Assembly (NCBI RefSeq): GCF_000018465.1
Contig: NC_010085.1
Location: 1,560,001-1,592,000 of the forward strand
Length of the DNA stretch: 32,000 bases
Origin: Nitrosopumilus maritimus SCM1
GTDB taxonomy: Archaea > Thermoproteota > Nitrososphaeria > Nitrososphaerales > Nitrosopumilaceae
Direction: 5' to 3'
Shown: positions 26,903-32,000 of the stretch, piece after piece
How the letters are laid out: every line of letters begins with the position of its first letter
Position numbering within the stretch: position 1 is the first letter of the stretch
Notes under the pieces: model-generated
What the model saw: the letters and a program-made list of their open reading frames with translations, nothing else
Told to the model about the DNA's origin: nothing
Database searches by the model: none
Made by a program: the position numbers and the translations under genes

Positions 26903-27649
26903 TTAAGCAGCCTTTTGTTCAGGTGCTTTTTCTTTTGTTTCAGGTTTCTTTTCTTTAGTTTGTTTGTTAACATGAGTTTCAACAAAGTTTACTTTTTCCA
27001 AAGTAGGAACAAATTTGAAGATGTCTAATTGAATAAAGTGCTTCATAATTTGTAAACCATCTGCACGAAGAATTTCTTCAGGAATGGTTATGCTTACTTC
27101 TTTATCTTTCAAATCAAATGAAATTTTTGAGTCCTCTACTGGAAGTCTATTTTTTAGAATTCCATCAACTTTATCATTTGGAGAATCAAGTGATTTGAGA
27201 ACATTTACATCAAAAAGAATTGTTTTTCCTGCATATCTGTGATTATAATCAATCTGAACTCTTCCTGAACCAATAAAACGAATTATTCCACGTTTATTAT
27301 CAACTTCAATAGTATCACCAACTGAAACTTTTTCTGCATCTTCACCTAGTTTTCTAATTGGAATCATTCTGACTTTACCAGAATCTCTTTCACCAAATCC
27401 TTTCTCAGGTGTAACTTCAACTGTAAGTTTGTCACCTACAGCTGTTTTTGCAAGAGCCTCATCAAGCCCTTTTAGAACTGGATATGAAACTTCGCCAATT
27501 GAAACTAGTTTTGGCTGATACTTGACATTTTGCTCATGAATAGAATATTTTTTTGCATCCTCTTCGAGAGTTGTATCAAATACTTCTTCACTATCTTTGA
27601 CCTTAGCTGTATAATCAACTAGGATTAGTGAACCTTTATCGAAAGTCAA
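26903..27649 (-). CDS. FKBP-type peptidyl-prolyl cis-trans isomerase, SlyD-like long archaeal form
   Basis: LVDYTAKVKDSEEVFDTT, PEKGFGERDS, VQIDYNHRYAGKTILFDVNV. Confidence 0.88.
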   Translation of the reverse strand: MTFDKGSLILVDYTAKVKDSEEVFDTTLEEDAKKYSIHEQNVKYQPKLVSIGEVSYPVLKGLDEALAKTAVGDKLTVEVTPEKGFGERDSGKVRMIPIRKLGEDAEKVSVGDTIEVDNKRGIIRFIGSGRVQIDYNHRYAGKTILFDVNVLKSLDSPNDKVDGILKNRLPVEDSKISFDLKDKEVSITIPEEILRADGLQIMKHFIQLDIFKFVPTLEKVNFVETHVNKQTKEKKPETKEKAPEQKAA

Positions 27650-27691
27650 TGTGATCGGTCTCGAATTTCCTTATATTAAGTTAACAGGATT

Positions 27692-28837
27692 TTAGAGAGA
27701 CTTTAGTTTTTCTTCAGCAGTCTTTAGTCCTGCTTGAGCATCTACTTCATATCCCATCATTGCTAATGTTGATGAAATTGCAGAGATTGTTCTCATTACA
27801 TGATATGGACTAACTTCACCCATACATCCAACTCTAAACACTTTACCTTTGAGATTTCCAAATCCGCCTGCAACAAGAACTTTGAATTTGTTTGCAAGTG
27901 TATTTCTAAATATCTTGTCTTCAAGACCATCAAGATAGTTTAGTGCAACAATAGAGATTGAACGATCTTCTTCTTTTGCAAATGGAGATAATCCCATAGC
28001 ACTAAGTCCAGAGTATAATGCATCTGAACAAACTTTGTGTCTGGTGAATACATTTTGTAGTCCTTCTTCAAGTAAAATTGCTAATGCTTCTCTGTATGCA
28101 TAAAGTAAAGGTAATGCTGGTGTGAAAGGAGTGTGTTTTTCCTCATCATAATATTTGAAGTATCTTGCTAGATTGAAATACATTGTATTTGGTGGGTTTT
28201 CTTGCATGTATTTTTTAGCTCTTGGACTAACAGAGATTGGAGAAATTCCTGGAGGAGCTGCAATTGCTTTTTGTGCTCCAGTCATACATACATCAACACC
28301 CCATTTATCAACTGGAAGTGGCGCTCCTCCTAAGAGTGATACAGAGTCTACTACATAGAAAGCATCATTTCTTGAGGTTAAGTCAGATATTCTATCAAGA
28401 TAGTTTACCATTGTTCCTGTTGAAGTTTCATTATGAACAACATAGAATGCCTTAACATCTTTGTTATTGTCAAATGCTTCTTTTACTTGATCAAAAGTTG
28501 CATTTTGTCCTGGAGGAGTTTCAAGTTTTACAACGTTTGCTCCTTGACCTTCAATTAATTGAGATAGTCTATTACTAAATTCACCGTTTACTGGAATGAT
28601 TACTTTATCGCCTTTCTTAACTAAATTAACAACACCGGCTTCAACTGCACCAGTTCCAGATGCGGACAATGCTACAATATCATTTTTAGTTTCAAAGACT
28701 TGTTGAGTTTTGTCAACTACATCAGTGTATAATTCAACAAAATCATCACTTCTGTGGTTGATGATTGGTGCTAACATTGCTCTCATAACGCGATTAGGTA
28801 CGTTTGTTGGTCCTGGAAGCATTGAAAGATATTCCAT
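27692..28837 (-). CDS. Class-V aminotransferase, alanine--glyoxylate/serine--pyruvate type
   Basis: LPGPTNVPNRVMRAM, LSASGTGAVEAGVVNLV, HNETSTG, VVDSVSLLGG, TGAQKAIAAPPG (PLP lysine region). Confidence 0.88.
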   Translation of the reverse strand: MEYLSMLPGPTNVPNRVMRAMLAPIINHRSDDFVELYTDVVDKTQQVFETKNDIVALSASGTGAVEAGVVNLVKKGDKVIIPVNGEFSNRLSQLIEGQGANVVKLETPPGQNATFDQVKEAFDNNKDVKAFYVVHNETSTGTMVNYLDRISDLTSRNDAFYVVDSVSLLGGAPLPVDKWGVDVCMTGAQKAIAAPPGISPISVSPRAKKYMQENPPNTMYFNLARYFKYYDEEKHTPFTPALPLLYAYREALAILLEEGLQNVFTRHKVCSDALYSGLSAMGLSPFAKEEDRSISIVALNYLDGLEDKIFRNTLANKFKVLVAGGFGNLKGKVFRVGCMGEVSPYHVMRTISAISSTLAMMGYEVDAQAGLKTAEEKLKSL

Positions 28838-28878
28838 GTGTTATCTACCAGTCAGTACTATACGGGGTTTATTTATAA

Positions 28879-29373
28879 TTAGAGATTTTTTAGACGTTCT
28901 TTGGCATTATTAGATATCAAAAAATTTTCTGTGCCTTTGGGAACTAGTGCATTCCAATTCTGATCGCTAATTATCAAATCCCTGACATTTGTTCCAGATA
29001 ATTCGTCTCTTTTCAAAAAAGGAATTGACAGTACTTGGACATCTCGTTTTGAATACAGATGATTAGTTAATTCATCATTTGAAAACACAATATCAAAATC
29101 TGGAACTATGGCATCTATTTTTTTAATCCATCTTACATGATTATCCAAGTCAGGAATGAAATAGATTGAAATTTTTTCTTTCATGGAATCATCTATTGAT
29201 GATAGAATCATTTCTTTACGTTCTTCAGCTGAGAAAGGATTATTCTTTTCAGTAGGTTTGTTTGAACTTCCCAAACCTAGCCATAATTTATCAACTTTTG
29301 ATAAAGCAAATCGTAATGCTTCAAGATGACCCAAATGGAAAGGTTGGAATCGTCCTATTAGTAATCCATTCAT
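28879..29373 (-). CDS. nadM: Nicotinamide-nucleotide adenylyltransferase, archaeal NadM type
   Basis: GRFQPFHLGHLEAL (HxGH), GSSNKPTEKNNPFSAEER, ELSGTNVRDLI. Confidence 0.85.
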   Translation of the reverse strand: MNGLLIGRFQPFHLGHLEALRFALSKVDKLWLGLGSSNKPTEKNNPFSAEERKEMILSSIDDSMKEKISIYFIPDLDNHVRWIKKIDAIVPDFDIVFSNDELTNHLYSKRDVQVLSIPFLKRDELSGTNVRDLIISDQNWNALVPKGTENFLISNNAKERLKNL

Positions 29374-29436
29374 ACAAAAGAATAGAAAATTTCTTTTTTA
29401 AAAAACTATCATAAAGAGTCGTATAAAGAAGGAATC

Positions 29437-30453
29437 ATGGATTTTTTAAAAATTAATGGAGCACATGGTGAAGGAGGAGGACAAATAATTCGTTCTGCAA
29501 TTACTCTTTCATGTATTACAAAACAACCAATTCACATTGAGAATATTAGGAAAAATAGAAAAGTTTCTGGATTAAAACCTCAACATCTTACAGCAATTAA
29601 AATTCTAAAAAAAATTTCAGATTGTAAAGTAATTGGTGATGAAATTGGTTCTACGGAATTAAAATTCATTCCAGGAGAAATTAAAAGTTCAAAATTATCT
29701 GAAGATGTAGGAACAGCAGGAAGTATTTCACTAATTTTACAAGTTTTAATTCCAATAGTAGCAATATCACAAAAGAATCTTGAGATTTCAATCAAAGGTG
29801 GTACAGATGTACAATGGAGTCCAACAATGTTCTATACACAACATATTTTGAGAGAAGTATATTCAAGAATGGGGATTAATTTTTCATTTGAATTAAAGAA
29901 GAGGGGATACTATCCAAAAGGAAATGGAGAAGTTAATTTAGAAATTAATCCATCAAACGTTAAAGCAATTTCATTATCAAAAAGAAAAACAAATCGGGTA
30001 AAAATTCTATGTACATTTTCAAAAATTCCAAATGAAAAAATTGAAAGTGAAATTAAAAAAATTAAAGAAAAACTAAATGAAAGTTTTGTTGTTGACGTAG
30101 AAATCAAAGAAGAAGCATTAGACTCTGGTGCGTCTTTATTAGTTTACAGTATTGATGAGAATTCAATTATAGGAATTGATTCATTATTTGATAAAAAAAT
30201 AGAGAGTTTTGACGTAGATCTTGATGGATTTTTAGAAGATATAGCAGTGGATGAGAATCTGGCAGACATGATTGTAGTTCCAGCAAGTGTGGCCAAAGGC
30301 AAGACAATCTTTCAAGTCAAAAAAATTACAAAACACTTGGAAACCAACTTGTTTGTAACATCAAAAATTTCTGGTTGCAAATATGGAATAGGCAAATTAC
30401 CTAATGGTTTTGAAGTAATTATTGAAGGAACATCATACTCCAGCATCAAGTAA
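29437..30453 (+). CDS. rtcA: RNA 3'-terminal phosphate cyclase
   Basis: NGAHGEGGGQIIRSAITLSCITKQPIHIENIR, GTAGSISLILQ, GGTDVQWSPT, KKRGYYPKGNGEV. Confidence 0.92.
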   Translation: MDFLKINGAHGEGGGQIIRSAITLSCITKQPIHIENIRKNRKVSGLKPQHLTAIKILKKISDCKVIGDEIGSTELKFIPGEIKSSKLSEDVGTAGSISLILQVLIPIVAISQKNLEISIKGGTDVQWSPTMFYTQHILREVYSRMGINFSFELKKRGYYPKGNGEVNLEINPSNVKAISLSKRKTNRVKILCTFSKIPNEKIESEIKKIKEKLNESFVVDVEIKEEALDSGASLLVYSIDENSIIGIDSLFDKKIESFDVDLDGFLEDIAVDENLADMIVVPASVAKGKTIFQVKKITKHLETNLFVTSKISGCKYGIGKLPNGFEVIIEGTSYSSIK

Positions 30454-30930
30454 TGCTGCAAAGAATAGTATTGCTACAGATAGAACTACAGTAATTTCTC
30501 CAAGAATAATGATTTTTTTTCTTAATTTTTGAATTTGAGGTTCAGGCATTTGGTTTGACATTATTTTATCTTCAACATCTTTTCGAATTACTCGAACATG
30601 AACAATGTATGTAATAATTAGTGCAATTACAAGAAGTATCTTGATTATAAGAAAAGTTCCATAACTTGTTGCAACAAGAAGTTCTGGTTTACTTAGTAAC
30701 ACATGAGAACTATACAATCCTGTTGCCATCAAAATAATTAATGAAGGGACAGCTACTTTGTTAAATCGTCTTCCAACACGAATCATAATTTGCATTCTTT
30801 CTTCAATTGAGTTTGTCATAGTTTTGAGAAGAGGAGAAAAAACTATTCCAATGAATAATGATCCACCTACCCAAATTGCAGCTGCAACAAGATGAATCCA
30901 AGTAAGAATTGCTTGCTCTATTGCTGCCAT
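30433..30930 (-). CDS. CopD-like four-TM membrane protein
   Basis: TWIHLVAAAIWVGGSLFIGIVFSP and further TM segments; conserved membrane His residues. Confidence 0.65.
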   Translation of the reverse strand: MAAIEQAILTWIHLVAAAIWVGGSLFIGIVFSPLLKTMTNSIEERMQIMIRVGRRFNKVAVPSLIILMATGLYSSHVLLSKPELLVATSYGTFLIIKILLVIALIITYIVHVRVIRKDVEDKIMSNQMPEPQIQKLRKKIIILGEITVVLSVAILFFAALLDAGV

Positions 30931-31011
30931 AGTTTATCATATTTTGAATGAAATATTATGTATTTGGATCTTGACAACCTTTTTTAGTTGTACGTAATTT
31001 GATAGATTGAA

Positions 31012-31506
31012 ATGGCACTTCAGAGCAGAATGACAGTCTATGTTGCAATAGCAGGAGTTCTTGCCTTGATGGGAGGAATTGTATTCTATGCTAGTTTAGA
31101 TAATGCTCAGTTAGAACAAGCAGAGATTGAATTGTTTAGTGTTGAATTGATAGATGTAGATAATGTAAAAAATCAAGCAAAGTTTGATGTTACATTTCTT
31201 GTAAAAAATCCAAGTGATAAAGCATTTACTGTCGGAGTAATTGATTATCAACTTTTTACTGATGGAGTTGAATTGGGTTCGGGTCAATATTCTGCAATGG
31301 ATGTTGCATTACCAGGAAGAGCAGTATTTTCTTCAGGGGATCAAATACCATTGAAGAGCATATTTGTATTAACAAAATCAGAAACTAGTCCAGAAATTTA
31401 CGAAGATATGATAAATGAAAGAATCAATAGTTTTTCTGCTGAGGGTATGCTCACTACTCAGACTTCGTGGAGTACTATTGACAAAGAATTCAGTACTGGT
31501 TTTTAA
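31012..31506 (+). CDS. Membrane-anchored extracytoplasmic protein, LEA14/WHy-like beta domain
   Basis: N-terminal anchor VYVAIAGVLALMGGIVFYA, then VTFLVKNPSDKAFTVGVIDYQLFTDG; similar to the 2875..3429 product. Confidence 0.6.
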   Translation: MALQSRMTVYVAIAGVLALMGGIVFYASLDNAQLEQAEIELFSVELIDVDNVKNQAKFDVTFLVKNPSDKAFTVGVIDYQLFTDGVELGSGQYSAMDVALPGRAVFSSGDQIPLKSIFVLTKSETSPEIYEDMINERINSFSAEGMLTTQTSWSTIDKEFSTGF

Positions 31507-31514
31507 TTAAAAAG

Positions 31515-31588
31515 TGGGCCGAGAGAGATTCGAACTCACGATCACCGCCGTGTCGAGGCGGTATCCTAACCAGCTAGACTACCGGCCC
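31515..31588 (-). tRNA. tRNA-Val (GAC)-like
   Basis: Minus strand GGGCCGG TA GTCT AGCTGGTTA GGAT A CCGCC TCGACAC GGCGG TGATC GTGAG TTCGAAT CTCTC TCGGCCC A folds as a cloverleaf with anticodon GAC. No encoded CCA. Isotype from anticodon position only. Confidence 0.82.
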
Positions 31589-31670
31589 ATTGAAATACAA
31601 AACTAAATTGTGGCATTATTAACGTTTAACAAAAGAAAGGATGAATAAAAAGAAGAAAGGCGTGAATTAG

Positions 31671-32000
31671 TTGGAAGATAATTTTACTGAAGAAGAGAAA
31701 AAAGGATTCTACAAGGCAATTTATTCAAGAAGGGATGTAAGGTCTCATTTTACATCAAGGCCTATTGAAGATGAGGTTCTCTCAAAAATTCTTCATGCAG
31801 CACATCATGCACCATCTGTAGGATTCTCACAGCCATGGAATTTCATTCTGATAAAAGATATTGAAACAAAAAAGAAGATTAAAGCATCATTTGAAGAAGA
31901 AAAGAATCGTTCATCACAATTAGTAGAGGAGCCAAAGAGATCAAAGTATCTTTCATTCAAACTAGAAGGAATTTTAGAATCCCCGGTAAATTTGTGTGTA
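31671..32000 (+). CDS. BluB-like nitroreductase-family protein, 5,6-dimethylbenzimidazole synthase-like, 3'-truncated by window end
   Basis: TTG start; LEDNFTEEEKKGFYKAIYSRRDVRSHFTSRPIEDEVLSKILHAAHHAPSVGFSQPWNFILIKD...SFKLEGILESPVNLCV. Not in the supplied ORF track. Confidence 0.8.
   Translation, partial: MEDNFTEEEKKGFYKAIYSRRDVRSHFTSRPIEDEVLSKILHAAHHAPSVGFSQPWNFILIKDIETKKKIKASFEEEKNRSSQLVEEPKRSKYLSFKLEGILESPVNLCV

Overview
The window is an AT-rich, gene-dense archaeal chromosome segment. Gene content and protein character are typical of ammonia-oxidising Thaumarchaeota (Nitrosopumilus-like); the taxonomy is an inference. Most of it is core genome: A-type ATP synthase subunit C, UMP kinase/HD phosphohydrolase/thymidylate kinase in overlapping genes, Hsp20, UbiB-like kinase, an archaeal CoA-biosynthesis cluster (pantoate kinase, phosphopantothenate synthetase, PanB, CoaBC), M24 peptidase, a PP-loop ATPase, a SepF-like protein, the aCPSF1/FttA ribonuclease, proteasome beta, G1P dehydrogenase, FKBP, a class-V aminotransferase, NadM, RtcA, a tRNA and the start of a BluB-like gene. 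I found no CRISPR array, transposon or clear novel defence system. The items most worth a second look are: (1) an ABC-exporter ATPase whose conserved N-terminus has no ATG/GTG/TTG start and overlaps the permease gene; (2) a possible frameshifted small gene downstream of coaBC, broken at an (AAAC)4 tract where one extra repeat unit would restore the frame; (3) two tiny genes missing from the ORF track, a 38-aa C2H2 zinc finger and a 36-aa single-TM peptide, each with a TATA-like box at leaderless spacing; (4) a Cas4/RecB-like protein with its Cys ligands kept but its nuclease motif degraded; (5) a tRNA-Val(GAC)-like gene with C33 instead of U33; (6) a divergent thymidylate kinase; (7) a palindrome between the ABC operon and a divergent AsnC-like regulator.
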